Positions 18,596 through 28,201 of a DNA stretch of 64,000 bases are shown piece after piece; within the stretch, counting starts at the first letter, position 1, and every line of letters starts with the position of its first letter. The stretch is taken from the sequence record OP558005.1; one strand, given 5' to 3'. The DNA is from Klebsiella phage vB_KpnM_VPA32. The translations under genes and the position numbers were made by a program. Below the pieces are notes generated by a model that saw nothing but the letters and a program-made list of their open reading frames with translations, was not told where the DNA came from and searched no databases.

Positions 18596-19557
18596 TGCTT
18601 AATTTAGATGAATTCAACAACCAAGTAATGAACGTTGATTTTCAACGTACAAATATGTTTAGTTGTGTATTCGCAACGACTCCATCTGCAAAGTCTCAAT
18701 TATTGCTGGACCAATTCGGTGGAATGCTTTATAATAACTTGCCAGTCTCAGGAGACTGGCTTGGATTATCTCAAGGCGAATTTACGCAAGGAATTACATC
18801 AATTATCACTGCAGGTACCCAAGAACTAGTTCGTAAATCGGGCGTATCTAAGTACCTTATCGGCGCGATGACAAACCGTGTTGTTCAATCTTTATTGGGA
18901 GAATTTGAAGTTGGTACTTATTTACTTGACTTCTTCAATATGGCTTTCCCAACATCAGGATTGATGATTTATTCAGCTAAAATTCCTGATAACAGACTGT
19001 CACACGAAACAGATTGGCTTCATAACTCTCCGAATATTCGTATCACCGGAAGAGAATTGGAACCACTTACATTAAGTTTCCGAATGGATTCTGAAGCAAG
19101 CAACTGGAGAGCAATGCAAGACTGGGTTAACTCTGTACAAGACCCAGTCACTGGATTAAGAGCTCTTCCTATCGATGTTGAAGCTGATATTCAAGTTAAC
19201 TTACATGCACGTAATGGATTACCTCATACTGTGTGTATGTTTACTGGGTGTGTTCCAGTTTCATGTGGTTCACCTGAATTTACTTGGGATGGCGACAACC
19301 AAATTGCTGTATTTGATGTTCAGTTTGCTTATCGTGTTATGCAGGTAGGTGCTGTTGGCCGTCAAGCAGCCGCTGATTGGGTTGAAGATAGACTTGTTCA
19401 TTCTATTGGAAATATTTCTGATGACATGAGTCTGGACCCATCGGTGTCAAGACTAAGTAGATTAGGAGGCGCTGCTGGAGGTGTTACTCAGATGGGTAAT
19501 GCAATAGGGCGTAAGACTGGAATGTGGAATAGTACTTCCAAGATACTTGGATTATGA
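18595..19557 (+). CDS. 54: baseplate tail-tube initiator gp54
   Basis: 320 aa, the same length as T4 gp54. TAATG junction with gene 48. Confidence 0.85.
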   Translation: MLNLDEFNNQVMNVDFQRTNMFSCVFATTPSAKSQLLLDQFGGMLYNNLPVSGDWLGLSQGEFTQGITSIITAGTQELVRKSGVSKYLIGAMTNRVVQSLLGEFEVGTYLLDFFNMAFPTSGLMIYSAKIPDNRLSHETDWLHNSPNIRITGRELEPLTLSFRMDSEASNWRAMQDWVNSVQDPVTGLRALPIDVEADIQVNLHARNGLPHTVCMFTGCVPVSCGSPEFTWDGDNQIAVFDVQFAYRVMQVGAVGRQAAADWVEDRLVHSIGNISDDMSLDPSVSRLSRLGGAAGGVTQMGNAIGRKTGMWNSTSKILGL

Positions 19558-19561
19558 AAAA

Positions 19562-19590
19562 AGGGAGCCAAAAGGCTCCCTTTGTTTTAT
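19562..19590 (+). terminator. terminator after gene 54
   Basis: AAGGGAGCCAAAAGGCTCCCTT followed by TGTTTTATTTG. Confidence 0.6.
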
Positions 19591-19877
19591 TTGCGGAACA
19601 CCACGAAAGCATTTAGAACAACTTCAGAAGATTGCTCAACGTTAGTTACAGTGATTTTAAACGGAACTTCACCATCGAATTTACCATTCAGAGTATAAGC
19701 GATATACCCTTCGCATTTGTCTTCTGGAATTCCGAACGGCGCAAGTGGAACCATTTCAACCATTCCTTTAGCAATCTTTTGAATCTCGTTAAAGACCATG
19801 TTGTTGAATTCGTCAGATACTGGAACTACACCTTCAACTACAGTTTCTTGGCCATTCATACGCAGAATCGATTTCAT
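19587..19877 (-). CDS. hypothetical early protein (alt.-x position); start moved to MKSILRM
   Basis: The track ORF start at 19916 lies inside its own promoter. The internal ATG at 19877 has a GAGGAG RBS. Confidence 0.45.
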   Translation of the reverse strand: MKSILRMNGQETVVEGVVPVSDEFNNMVFNEIQKIAKGMVEMVPLAPFGIPEDKCEGYIAYTLNGKFDGEVPFKITVTNVEQSSEVVLNAFVVFRK

Positions 19878-19902
19878 GATGTTCTCCTCAGTTAGTGTAA
19901 GT

Positions 19903-19936
19903 CTATAGTAACACACTTCCGTGTGCGTGTAAACGG
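19903..19936 (-). promoter_or_regulatory. early promoter (GTTTAC -35, 18-bp spacer, TACTAT -10)
   Basis: Minus strand reads AACCGTTTACacgcacacggaagtgtgtTACTATag. Confidence 0.5.
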
Positions 19937-22072
19937 TTAAAGAACGAACTTCTCTGGAGTGTCTTCAACATCAATCATTGAAGCCAACAGAGCAAGAATC
20001 TTGTTGCTTTCCGATGTCTTTGTGGACTTCACAAATCCTTCAAAATCAAATGGACTTGATTCAGGCTGAGGTTCGTCACTGTATTCTACCACTTCACCAG
20101 TTTCCATCAGAACATCGCCGTCATAAACAACAGCTTCGTCTAATTGGTCAGCAGTCATTACTTCGCCTTGGATGAATTTCTGATTGTCATACACGAGACC
20201 ATCACTATAAGAAGCATCTACAATGTTGTTGACTTTCAGCATGGTACCACGAGGCAGAATAACTTCCATTTCACCTGACATATTACTTAAGTCGCCAGGA
20301 TAAACCACGTTAACTTTCTCACCGCCGGTAATAGCCCAACCAATCATGACTCTTGTGCTTTCAGCCTGCTGAACGTCTTTAGCTGCATGAACCTCATCAG
20401 TAAGACCTAATTCAGCATAAGTCATAGAAGCTAACTTGACAGTTTCTGCACTGTTATCTGGCTGATTCAATACTGCACGAGTATTATCAGAAGCCATTGC
20501 AACCGCTTGGTTACCTTTCCAACCGCCAAAGATAATTGGAGATAAAGATGTTGAAACATAGTTTCTGAAATAGAATACTCTGTTCTTAACCATAGCTTCA
20601 AAAATTGGTTTACGAACTGACTGTGAACGCCATAAGGTAAGTCCTTCTGGAATTCTGTCACCACGTTTAAATGCATCGTCAAGATTTTTGATAGCAGTAG
20701 TAACTTCTTTATAAGACAGTGTATCGTAATTGTCAGCTCTATAACGACCTAAAAGCATATTGTTGATGTCTGAATAACCGGAACCAACATACTCTTTAAT
20801 GCCACGTTTTTCTGCATTTGTATATTGAAGAGGCGTACGAGTACGAGTAATATCTTCAATAGTAGCAGAAACGTTTTTAGCATAACCTTGAAGAGCTGCT
20901 TTAATCATTTTGGTACGTTCAATGTTCCAAAGATTGTTAGCCATTTGCTCTTTATCTTTTGGCTCAAGGTATTGTGGAACTTTAGTCATGATATGTTCCA
21001 TTGCTTCATGTTTACGTTCTTCTAAAGAGTCCAAAAGAGTTTGAGTATATGCCTGCATACTCTTAACAGAAGTTAATGGAGCATTGCCAATTCTTGATTC
21101 AAGTTCTTTTACGAATCTTTGTTCAAATTTCTCAGATTGGCTCAATTTAATCGTAGTCAACGATTTTAAATGGAAAATAGCACCAGTAGCTGCTAATTGA
21201 GCAGAACGAGCTTTAGCCGCTTTAGATTCTACTGCATCCTTCAATTGCTGAGCTTCTGGAATAGGATTTGCCGTTGCGGGTTTACTGAATTCGGCAGCAG
21301 TAGCTTCGTATTTTTCAAATTCTTCTGGGTCATGAATAATGTCAGAAGTTAAAGATTGACTTGCTGCTACTTGACGACGAGATACCTTAGCACGAGCAAT
21401 AACAGATTGGTCGGTACGTTTGTCGTTCTCTTGAGCAATAGTAGCTGCTAATGCTTCTGATTTAGAAACTTGTTTACCCGACTTATTATTGATGTAAACA
21501 TCACCGACGGCGGTGTCGACCTTAGTGAACTCTTCTGTTGATATCTCTGGGATGCCAGGGACGGTTGAGAGGTCAACATTCTTACGATGAATAAGAACAT
21601 ATACGTACTTCTTATCGTAATCATAGAGTTCTTTCAGGATAACAAAACGTCCACCCAGACGACTCATCACTAAACGGTTGATAATCATCTGAACTGCTCG
21701 TGCTTGTCCACCCATTTTGCTTTTAGCAATACGGAACATTACAGCATCCATTTTGTATTTCTTCACAGTTTGAGATACTAAGTCAAACATGGTAGAAATA
21801 ACACCCAATGGATTGCCACCAAGATTTTTAAGCTTAACCAAAGTACCTTTTTCAGATACACCGAGCACAATAGCATGCATCATTTTATCACCAGGCTTAA
21901 CGTTCTTGTTAACGTCTCCGCCGCCAGTGTAAGAACACATACGAAGAGCTACTGAACCTTCTGGAGCAGCAATAGCAAAAATCTGTGGAATTTTAGTTTT
22001 CGGATAAAGATTAGTGACCGGAAGCATTTCTGAATCCGCGTCAAAAACCTCATTTAATTGAAATTCGGTCAT
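19937..22072 (-). CDS. alt: ADP-ribosyltransferase Alt
   Basis: Resembles T4 Alt along its length (..YVGSGY.DINN.LLG.., ..RVFYFRNFVSTSL.. and the C-terminal ..MEVILPRG.MLKVN.I.DASY..). The start is set at the internal Met MTEFQLNEVF. Confidence 0.85.
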   Translation of the reverse strand: MTEFQLNEVFDADSEMLPVTNLYPKTKIPQIFAIAAPEGSVALRMCSYTGGGDVNKNVKPGDKMMHAIVLGVSEKGTLVKLKNLGGNPLGVISTMFDLVSQTVKKYKMDAVMFRIAKSKMGGQARAVQMIINRLVMSRLGGRFVILKELYDYDKKYVYVLIHRKNVDLSTVPGIPEISTEEFTKVDTAVGDVYINNKSGKQVSKSEALAATIAQENDKRTDQSVIARAKVSRRQVAASQSLTSDIIHDPEEFEKYEATAAEFSKPATANPIPEAQQLKDAVESKAAKARSAQLAATGAIFHLKSLTTIKLSQSEKFEQRFVKELESRIGNAPLTSVKSMQAYTQTLLDSLEERKHEAMEHIMTKVPQYLEPKDKEQMANNLWNIERTKMIKAALQGYAKNVSATIEDITRTRTPLQYTNAEKRGIKEYVGSGYSDINNMLLGRYRADNYDTLSYKEVTTAIKNLDDAFKRGDRIPEGLTLWRSQSVRKPIFEAMVKNRVFYFRNYVSTSLSPIIFGGWKGNQAVAMASDNTRAVLNQPDNSAETVKLASMTYAELGLTDEVHAAKDVQQAESTRVMIGWAITGGEKVNVVYPGDLSNMSGEMEVILPRGTMLKVNNIVDASYSDGLVYDNQKFIQGEVMTADQLDEAVVYDGDVLMETGEVVEYSDEPQPESSPFDFEGFVKSTKTSESNKILALLASMIDVEDTPEKFVL

Positions 22073-22103
22073 TATGAGTCCTCTATTGTTTCTTATATTT
22101 ATA

Positions 22104-22127
22104 GACAATTAAAGCCCCGAAGGGCTT
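22104..22127 (-). terminator. UUCG-loop hairpin between alt.1 and alt
   Basis: AAGCCCCGAAGGGCTT, overlapping the alt.1 stop. Confidence 0.45.
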
Positions 22128-22344
22128 AGACTGCAATAATATTCCTGAAGATTTCAACTTTTCCGCCACCACGAGTAGCAATGACCTCGTGTTTGTTGAT
22201 TCCTGAAACTCGACCATCTGTAAATGATTCTACTTCACCTTGCGGGCGGAATGGTAATTCGACCAAGCTCTGTGTTACATTAGCGGCTCGTTCTGAGCCT
22301 TCACCTGGGTGAGCAATTGTGATAATCTCTAAATAGAATTTCAT
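22126..22344 (-). CDS. alt.1-like small protein
   Basis: 72-aa ORF between gene 30 and alt. Confidence 0.45.
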   Translation of the reverse strand: MKFYLEIITIAHPGEGSERAANVTQSLVELPFRPQGEVESFTDGRVSGINKHEVIATRGGGKVEIFRNIIAV

Positions 22345-23831
22345 AGACTAGTAACCTCATGGAAATCGCCCCAAATATCAGCGAACGTATTTGCTACATC
22401 TTTATCACGACGCATTTTAATCGCAATAGGCAAGAACAGTTTGACATAATCCGTCCGGCCTTCAGCAGCTAACCAGCCATTACATTCGGATTCAAGAATA
22501 CCACCGATGTATTCATTTTTATTGAGCCAAATGCGAGTACGGTCTAACTCGTGCCAATCTGAAATTTTGTCTTTAAGACCTGAACCAGCTTTAACTTTAA
22601 TCAGACCACATTCTGATTCAAGATAAAAACCACCGGCTTTGCCTGGTTGTTTACTATGCTCATAGATATCAACAATGCGAAGGTCAATCGTAATAACTTC
22701 TTTGAACTTATAAAGGTTTTTAGAACGAGTGTTTTCCCAGAAAGCACCAATGTTCTTCAGGATAATACCTTCAAGACCTTCATCAACATATTTGCGATAA
22801 ATGACCTTGGCTTCATCAAGATTATGAACGATGTGGTTCTCAATCAGAATCATCTGAGAGTAACCTTTAACCATCAGTTCTAATGCACGGAAGCGAACAT
22901 CATACGCAAATCCAGATTCTTTACCTTCGGAATAAACAACATCCAACGGAACGTAATCCCATACCTGGAATTTCATACCAGCAGCTTCTTTAGCTGAGAT
23001 AGTTCCTTTCAGAGATTTATTGGCCAACCCGTTTGACATTGTACGGGATTCTTCTTTGAATTCCTTAGCTTTACTCAGCTCGGGTAAATCACCGAAGATA
23101 TCGTCCAATGGACCAGCTGGGAGAGTGCTTGCATGATAGACGAGTTCACCATCAATCATTACACCGCCAGGATGACGTTCACGAGCTTCTTTGGTCATTT
23201 CAATGAGTTGTTGTTTTAACAAATCAAGACCAAGATACTCGTTACCCGCTCGGGACAGAATTTTTACATCATCTAATTCATCGCCACGAACTTCAGCAAA
23301 TGCTCGGGCACCATCAGCCTTAAGCTGTGCAAATGCAGGGAACTTAATGTTCTTTTCAATACCTTTTTCATCATAAGATGAAGCAAGCATCTGTGGCTGT
23401 TCAGGAATTAGATTTTTCCATACTTTATTCGCAATACTACGGGATGCGCCACAGCGCAAATCACGAAGCAGAACTTTCTTAAGTACTTCTACATCAGCTT
23501 CATTTAGGTCTGCAATATAACTTGCCAATTCAGCAATAGCAGCGTTGCCTGTAATTTCACGAGCAGCTAATTTAAATTCCAAGAAATCTAAAGCATCATC
23601 TAATTTTAATAGACCAAAGCTTTGAGTGCGTTCTCCGGCTTCTGGCCATTTCTTGATGTAATACTGGAGCTTACCATCATAAGTCATTCTGAATACTCGC
23701 TTCAAAAGCTCATTATCTTTATGACGACGAATGATAGCTTCTTTTTCTTTTGTAGAGCCGATTGAAGCAAGTTCATTGATAATATCTAAAATCATATTCA
23801 CCTCGTTTATTTTCCCGAGCGGGTATGACAA
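22341..23831 (-). CDS. 30: ATP-dependent DNA ligase gp30
   Basis: 496 aa against T4 gp30 at 487 aa. The KxDG adenylation motif is present (AQLKADGAR). The C-terminus ..YVKLFLPIAI..R.DK..ANTF.D..GDFHEVT.L resembles T4. Confidence 0.95.
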   Translation of the reverse strand: MSYPLGKINEVNMILDIINELASIGSTKEKEAIIRRHKDNELLKRVFRMTYDGKLQYYIKKWPEAGERTQSFGLLKLDDALDFLEFKLAAREITGNAAIAELASYIADLNEADVEVLKKVLLRDLRCGASRSIANKVWKNLIPEQPQMLASSYDEKGIEKNIKFPAFAQLKADGARAFAEVRGDELDDVKILSRAGNEYLGLDLLKQQLIEMTKEARERHPGGVMIDGELVYHASTLPAGPLDDIFGDLPELSKAKEFKEESRTMSNGLANKSLKGTISAKEAAGMKFQVWDYVPLDVVYSEGKESGFAYDVRFRALELMVKGYSQMILIENHIVHNLDEAKVIYRKYVDEGLEGIILKNIGAFWENTRSKNLYKFKEVITIDLRIVDIYEHSKQPGKAGGFYLESECGLIKVKAGSGLKDKISDWHELDRTRIWLNKNEYIGGILESECNGWLAAEGRTDYVKLFLPIAIKMRRDKDVANTFADIWGDFHEVTSL

Positions 23832-23853
23832 TTATATCATACCCTTTGTAAAG

Positions 23854-24084
23854 CTATTGACCATGATACTCACGAATGAGTTCAGCCAAAGTTCGGTGGT
23901 AAAGTACTCCACCATTTTTACGAGTAATGTAGATTGCACCATTGAACATTGCATCAATCATTTCACGTTGCTTTTGATTATCAGCATGAATGTTGCGCGC
24001 CTTGAAGAACTCTTCTTTGTTTGCGAAACTTTCAATACGCTTGGTTGTGTCTGTTTGCGGGAACCATTCAATTACGTTAATCAT
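23854..24084 (-). CDS. 30.1-like protein
   Basis: 76-aa ORF overlapping the 30.2 stop as ATGA. Confidence 0.45.
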   Translation of the reverse strand: MINVIEWFPQTDTTKRIESFANKEEFFKARNIHADNQKQREMIDAMFNGAIYITRKNGGVLYHRTLAELIREYHGQ

Positions 24085-24950
24085 ACTTTACCTATAGTAG
24101 TTTTAGCTGTAGGCTGACGATTTAGATATTCAATGCCCGTTCCAATTCCATATCCTACACCTGGATTGTAAACAGGAAGATTACCTGGATGCTCATACCA
24201 TGGTTTCAAATCAGAAGGGCCTGGATTTACCCATTTCTTTGGAAATTCTGGAAACTTATCAAATGGCCAATTCGGAGTAGTCTTTTCAACCTTTTTGAAT
24301 AAGTCGCTCAGCTTATCACCAAGGCTTTCCTGGAATTCGCGCTGATTCATCAGACGCTGAACATGTTCCCAGTTATGCACCTTTTCTCCATATTTAGAGG
24401 AGGTGTCTCGCTGACCACGAGGCATGAACATGCAATTGACTTCACCGCCAAAGACCTCATAAGCTGAATCTACGTGATGAGGAAGGTCATCAATATAAGC
24501 AACAACTCGGTCACCGTACTTCTCTTTGATTTTCTCGAAGAGCTTGGTTTTTGGCTCAGAGTGGTCGCAGATGAAAGTTTCAAGGAAAGCACCTGGGAAC
24601 AAAGCGTTCAAGTTGAATTGACGATTCAGTTTAGCATCAACAGAAGTACCAAGCGCAGTAACCGCAACGAAGTCATACTTATCTTTCAGAGCATTGACAA
24701 CTTTCAGAGCATCGTCGTATGCTGCCAGATAGCGAATGAAATCTGAGCAATTATATTTGACCATCAGCTGTTGAGCAAACTCTTCATCTACACCAAATAA
24801 ATCTTTTGGAGCAACAAACTGGTCATCAATAATCATTTCAAGAATGTGGTGAACAGGCAGATTGTACTTCTGAGCGAAGTAAGGCAAGCCTGATTGCCAC
24901 TTTACTAATACACCGTCTACGTCAGTAGTGATAATTGGTTTATTTGACAT
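24081..24950 (-). CDS. 30.2-like HAD-superfamily hydrolase-like protein
   Basis: 289 aa. The N-terminal IITTDVDGVL matches HAD motif I (DxDGV). The C-terminus is Pro/Gly-rich. Confidence 0.55.
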   Translation of the reverse strand: MSNKPIITTDVDGVLVKWQSGLPYFAQKYNLPVHHILEMIIDDQFVAPKDLFGVDEEFAQQLMVKYNCSDFIRYLAAYDDALKVVNALKDKYDFVAVTALGTSVDAKLNRQFNLNALFPGAFLETFICDHSEPKTKLFEKIKEKYGDRVVAYIDDLPHHVDSAYEVFGGEVNCMFMPRGQRDTSSKYGEKVHNWEHVQRLMNQREFQESLGDKLSDLFKKVEKTTPNWPFDKFPEFPKKWVNPGPSDLKPWYEHPGNLPVYNPGVGYGIGTGIEYLNRQPTAKTTIGKV

Positions 24951-25116
24951 TTTTAGCCTTCATTTTAGCAATCATATAAGCCGCGATACAAGATTTACCC
25001 GGCAACGATGGTTGTCCAACTCCACTTAATAGAGTAGTTAACTCTCCTACTTTAATACCGCCGTGATTTAAGCGTTTTAAAACATCAAGACCTTTCATAT
25101 CATATTTGACTTGCAT
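24940..25116 (-). CDS. small hypothetical protein (58 aa, below ORF-track cutoff)
   Basis: Hand-translated as MQVKYDMKGLDVLKRLNHGGIKVGELTTLLSGVGQPSLPGKSCIAAYMIAKMKAKNVK. Its stop overlaps the 30.2 start. Confidence 0.3.
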   Translation of the reverse strand: MQVKYDMKGLDVLKRLNHGGIKVGELTTLLSGVGQPSLPGKSCIAAYMIAKMKAKNVK

Positions 25117-25263
25117 AACATTTTCTCAAAGGTTGCGATACTGTTAGCTGGGCCACTTAGAGTTATTTCTATGAACCCAGGCTGACTTGAAGGACCAATT
25201 CTGTATATACATATGGCTAATGTTCTTGCGTATTCCAGAAGGTCCTTCGTTAACCCTCTTACA

Positions 25264-25467
25264 TTAAACTGTTTCATAAACTTCGTCATTAGCAGCTTTA
25301 AGAGGTTCGATTTCACATTCTAAACGAATATCAGTATTCCCGTCAACCCATTGTACTTCATAAGCGGGTTGAACCCCATATTCTGGGATTGCTTTGGCAG
25401 TATCACAGATGACTCCCGGAATACCGCCTTTGCGCAGCTGTACGGGTTGTAAAATGTGGTATTTCAT
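25264..25467 (-). CDS. small acidic hypothetical protein
   Basis: 67-aa ORF of balanced composition in the 30.x cluster. Confidence 0.4.
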   Translation of the reverse strand: MKYHILQPVQLRKGGIPGVICDTAKAIPEYGVQPAYEVQWVDGNTDIRLECEIEPLKAANDEVYETV

Positions 25468-25631
25468 TCTGCCACCGCATAAGTTGGAATTTGATGAAAG
25501 AAATCAGGGCATTCAAGCTGATACTTGACTTCTGTATCAGAGACAGTTACGCCCAGCACTTCAATCATTGGATTGCTCAACATGCCGCGTTCAAATTCAG
25601 GTGCTTTATTACGAGGAATAGTGATAATCAT
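25464..25631 (-). CDS. small hypothetical protein (55 aa, hand-called)
   Basis: Hand-translated as MIITIPRNKAPEFERGMLSNPMIEVLGVTVSDTEVKYQLECPDFFHQIPTYAVAE. TAATG and ATGA overlaps with both neighbours suggest translational coupling. Confidence 0.3.
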   Translation of the reverse strand: MIITIPRNKAPEFERGMLSNPMIEVLGVTVSDTEVKYQLECPDFFHQIPTYAVAE

Positions 25632-26101
25632 TACAGAGTCTCCAATACAGTTTTAACTTTAGCTTCAGCAACTTGTTTAACAACCAGAACACGAACACCT
25701 TCAACTGCATTACGAATTTGCTTTTGAGCTTTTTCGTTAGCTTCCTCTTCAGTGTAAGGACCAACGCAGAAAGGCTGTTGCGAGCGATTAGTTGGAATAG
25801 TCATCATCCAGAAATCTTTTGCATCAGACTCTGTTGGTTTAACTTCTTCAAGGTACCGTGAAATCTCTTGAGACATAATGATACACCATACTGTGTCAAA
25901 TGAACCCAATCCAGACTGATGAAGAGAACCGTTAATATCAATAGCTGTTATGCAACCGTCTTTATCAAGAGATTTTACAACGAACGGAATTTTTCCGTTG
26001 TCAGTAAGTTTAAGAATTGCATCACCAAAGCACGACTGACGAGAAGCATAATCTTTGATAGCAGTTCCAGTTAACTTGAAAGTTTTTCCAATTATACTCA
26101 T
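25631..26101 (-). CDS. hypothetical early protein (start at MSIIGK)
   Basis: The track ORF is trimmed to an internal Met preceded by GAGGAAATATTT and by the upstream terminator. Confidence 0.4.
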   Translation of the reverse strand: MSIIGKTFKLTGTAIKDYASRQSCFGDAILKLTDNGKIPFVVKSLDKDGCITAIDINGSLHQSGLGSFDTVWCIIMSQEISRYLEEVKPTESDAKDFWMMTIPTNRSQQPFCVGPYTEEEANEKAQKQIRNAVEGVRVLVVKQVAEAKVKTVLETL

Positions 26102-26119
26102 AAATATTTCCTCAAGTGA

Positions 26120-26135
26120 AGGGCCCGAAGGCCCT
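26120..26135 (-). terminator. UUCG-tetraloop terminator AGGGCCCGAAGGCCCT
   Basis: One of five exact copies of GGGCCCGAAGGCCC in the window. Confidence 0.55.
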
Positions 26136-26139
26136 AAAT

Positions 26140-26502
26140 TTAGATTACGAATTCGTTTGAAACGATATCCCAAATTGCTTCACGTTGTTCTTCAGTTGTT
26201 TTCTGACCAAGAACATGACGCAGATAAAGTTTAACCAGAAGTTTGCGATTGTCTCCGTTCCAAGAAGGATGAGTTCCTAAATCGCGTTTACGGTGGTCAT
26301 CATGAAAACCAACAGAAATGACTGAACCTTTGAGTTTAACATCTAAAGTTGGGCCATTTTCAAAACTGATGAAGACGTAGTTATCTTCCCAGTACATATC
26401 GATTTGAGCAACTGTGCCATTTTTATGTTCCCAGAGTAAAGTTGTTGAAACGTCCCATGCATTATCTTGAACGTATTTCTTTTTGAAGTTAGCGTAATCC
26501 AT
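26140..26502 (-). CDS. hypothetical early protein (start at MDYANFKK)
   Basis: The track start at 26556 lies inside the promoter. The internal ATG has a GGAG RBS. Confidence 0.4.
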   Translation of the reverse strand: MDYANFKKKYVQDNAWDVSTTLLWEHKNGTVAQIDMYWEDNYVFISFENGPTLDVKLKGSVISVGFHDDHRKRDLGTHPSWNGDNRKLLVKLYLRHVLGQKTTEEQREAIWDIVSNEFVI

Positions 26503-26538
26503 TTTGTTCTCCGTTGTATCTGTTTGTTTATTGAGTTT

Positions 26539-26572
26539 ATATACTAACACATACAACGGAGGATGTAAACGG
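26539..26572 (-). promoter_or_regulatory. early promoter
   Basis: Minus strand reads AACCGTTTACatcctccgttgtatgtgtTAGTATat. Confidence 0.5.
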
Positions 26573-26573
26573 T

Positions 26574-27095
26574 TTAGTTCACTTCTGTGAAAATTGTTTG
26601 AGGAACGTACTCGGTTTTGGCAGTTGCAATCATCTTCATAATGATAGCTTTACCTTCAATGTTTTTACGCAAGAACGACTTGCACGCATCATGAACTTCT
26701 TCGGACGTCATAAGAATAGCTATGGAACGCTCGTCCCCTACTTGGTCCAGATTCAACCAAACGTTTTCTTTCTTAGTCTGGCCTAAAGCTACATACATCA
26801 CTTCAACGGTCTTTTCTTCAACCTCAACCAGGAAATTTCTGACTTCAGTGCCGGTGAACCAAGGACATGAATCACCATTCATACCGTCAATTTCAGCACC
26901 TTTTGGACTAATCCAACCTTCATTTTCAAATCGGATAAGACCTACAGAACCACTTGCAATAGCTTCGCCTTTTGCAATGTAAAAAGACTTATCACCGATA
27001 TACTCAGCAATAAGCTGATTCACTCTCTGATTACAACCTTCGGTGGATTTTAAAAAGCCTTCTTTTTCTAAGCGGTACAGAACATCACTTTTCAT
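26574..27095 (-). CDS. hypothetical protein
   Basis: 173-aa ORF. Confidence 0.4.
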   Translation of the reverse strand: MKSDVLYRLEKEGFLKSTEGCNQRVNQLIAEYIGDKSFYIAKGEAIASGSVGLIRFENEGWISPKGAEIDGMNGDSCPWFTGTEVRNFLVEVEEKTVEVMYVALGQTKKENVWLNLDQVGDERSIAILMTSEEVHDACKSFLRKNIEGKAIIMKMIATAKTEYVPQTIFTEVN

Positions 27096-27107
27096 AGTTT
27101 CCTCATA

Positions 27108-27121
27108 AGGCCCGAAGGCCT
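27108..27121 (-). terminator. UUCG-loop hairpin AGGCCCGAAGGCCT
   Basis: Overlaps the stop of the upstream ORF. Confidence 0.45.
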
Positions 27122-27494
27122 AGAACATTTTGCGTTCGGTCCAGTTATCAAGATTAACTGTACCAGTTTTCTTCATTTTCTCAATCAAGTTATCTGCACG
27201 AGTGCGTCCATTTTCATACCACACTACATCTTCAGAATAACCATCTTCGTCTTCATAAGTTTCTGAACGAACGTGACCGTGAATGCTTGTTTTCAAAACG
27301 TATTCAGTGCCGGTGAACCAGTTAGTCAGAACAATGTACCAGCAGAAATCAGTAGATGGACCGTCAGGAGTCATGCAGTGAACTACATCTCCTTGCCATG
27401 AGGACAGATGCCACATTGGCTCTTCTACTTCAATTGCTTTATATCCGTCATGGTCTTTCGTTTTGATTTTAGCGTTCAGATTAATTGTGTTCAT
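27120..27494 (-). CDS. hypothetical early protein (start at MNTINLN)
   Basis: The track ORF is trimmed to the internal ATG, which has a GGAGAATAAA RBS downstream of the promoter. Confidence 0.4.
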   Translation of the reverse strand: MNTINLNAKIKTKDHDGYKAIEVEEPMWHLSSWQGDVVHCMTPDGPSTDFCWYIVLTNWFTGTEYVLKTSIHGHVRSETYEDEDGYSEDVVWYENGRTRADNLIEKMKKTGTVNLDNWTERKMF

Positions 27495-27528
27495 TTTATT
27501 CTCCGTTACAATATTGGTTATTGAGATT

Positions 27529-27562
27529 CTATCATAACACAACTTTTGGCAGATGTAAACGG
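27529..27562 (-). promoter_or_regulatory. early promoter
   Basis: Minus strand reads AACCGTTTACatctgccaaaagttgtgtTATGATag. Confidence 0.5.
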
Positions 27563-27766
27563 TTAGAGTTTTTCGCAACTATGATATTCAGTATCTGTCC
27601 AAATACCAAATGACGGCAATGATTCTAGCATTGAGTTTCCGACTTTAACTGGGTCTTCCCATGGCCAAAGTGTATCAATCTTTTCATAGAAAAAGATTGA
27701 ATCCATATGTGAATATTCTGCTGGGTATTCTGATGTAACTTTAAAAATAAATTTACGCTTAAACAT
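27563..27766 (-). CDS. small hypothetical protein
   Basis: 67-aa ORF. Confidence 0.35.
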   Translation of the reverse strand: MFKRKFIFKVTSEYPAEYSHMDSIFFYEKIDTLWPWEDPVKVGNSMLESLPSFGIWTDTEYHSCEKL

Positions 27767-27781
27767 ATGAACCTCTTAAAC

Positions 27782-27807
27782 AAAAAAGGGACTCCCGAAG
27801 GAGTCCC
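27782..27807 (-). terminator. UUCG-loop terminator GGGACTCCCGAAGGAGTCCC
   Basis: A U-tract follows the stem on the minus-strand transcript. Confidence 0.55.
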
Positions 27808-27818
27808 GAACTTATGCT

Positions 27819-27998
27819 TTATGCTTTCTTACGTGGATTACCAAATGCAGCATCATGAGCAATAACTTTGCGAGCGCGAGATGCTAGCTGGTCAGCCAAT
27901 GGATTAATACGAGAGTTAGACCCACGCTTGTAGCCAGCGCGTTTAGAGGTACCAACAACTTCTTTTACTGCAGTTTTTGCTTTAGCTTGTTTAGCCAT
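27819..27998 (-). CDS. small basic protein (59 aa, hand-called)
   Basis: Hand-translated as MAKQAKAKTAVKEVVGTSKRAGYKRGSNSRINPLADQLASRARKVIAHDAAFGNPRKKA. It ends just upstream of the terminator. Confidence 0.35.
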   Translation of the reverse strand: MAKQAKAKTAVKEVVGTSKRAGYKRGSNSRINPLADQLASRARKVIAHDAAFGNPRKKA

Positions 27999-28201
27999 TT
28001 TTAGTCTTCCATATAAGGAGTAATAAAAGAGCTCTAAGTCTTATGGTTTCCCAGCATAGAGCCGTTGTTTTAACTTCACACTAAGGTAGTGACTCTCCGA
28101 AAGTTTTGGATATTTAACGACAGGATAACTTTCAACCTCGTCAACATACCAGGTTATCTGCATATACAGAATGTGCCTGGAGTCAAGTCCTCGAAGGGTA
28201 C

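Noticed and set aside
25095-25316. 73-aa minus-strand track ORF
   Set aside because: It overlaps two better-supported small genes, 24940-25116 and 25264-25467, in other frames. Its composition is odd and no RBS is evident.
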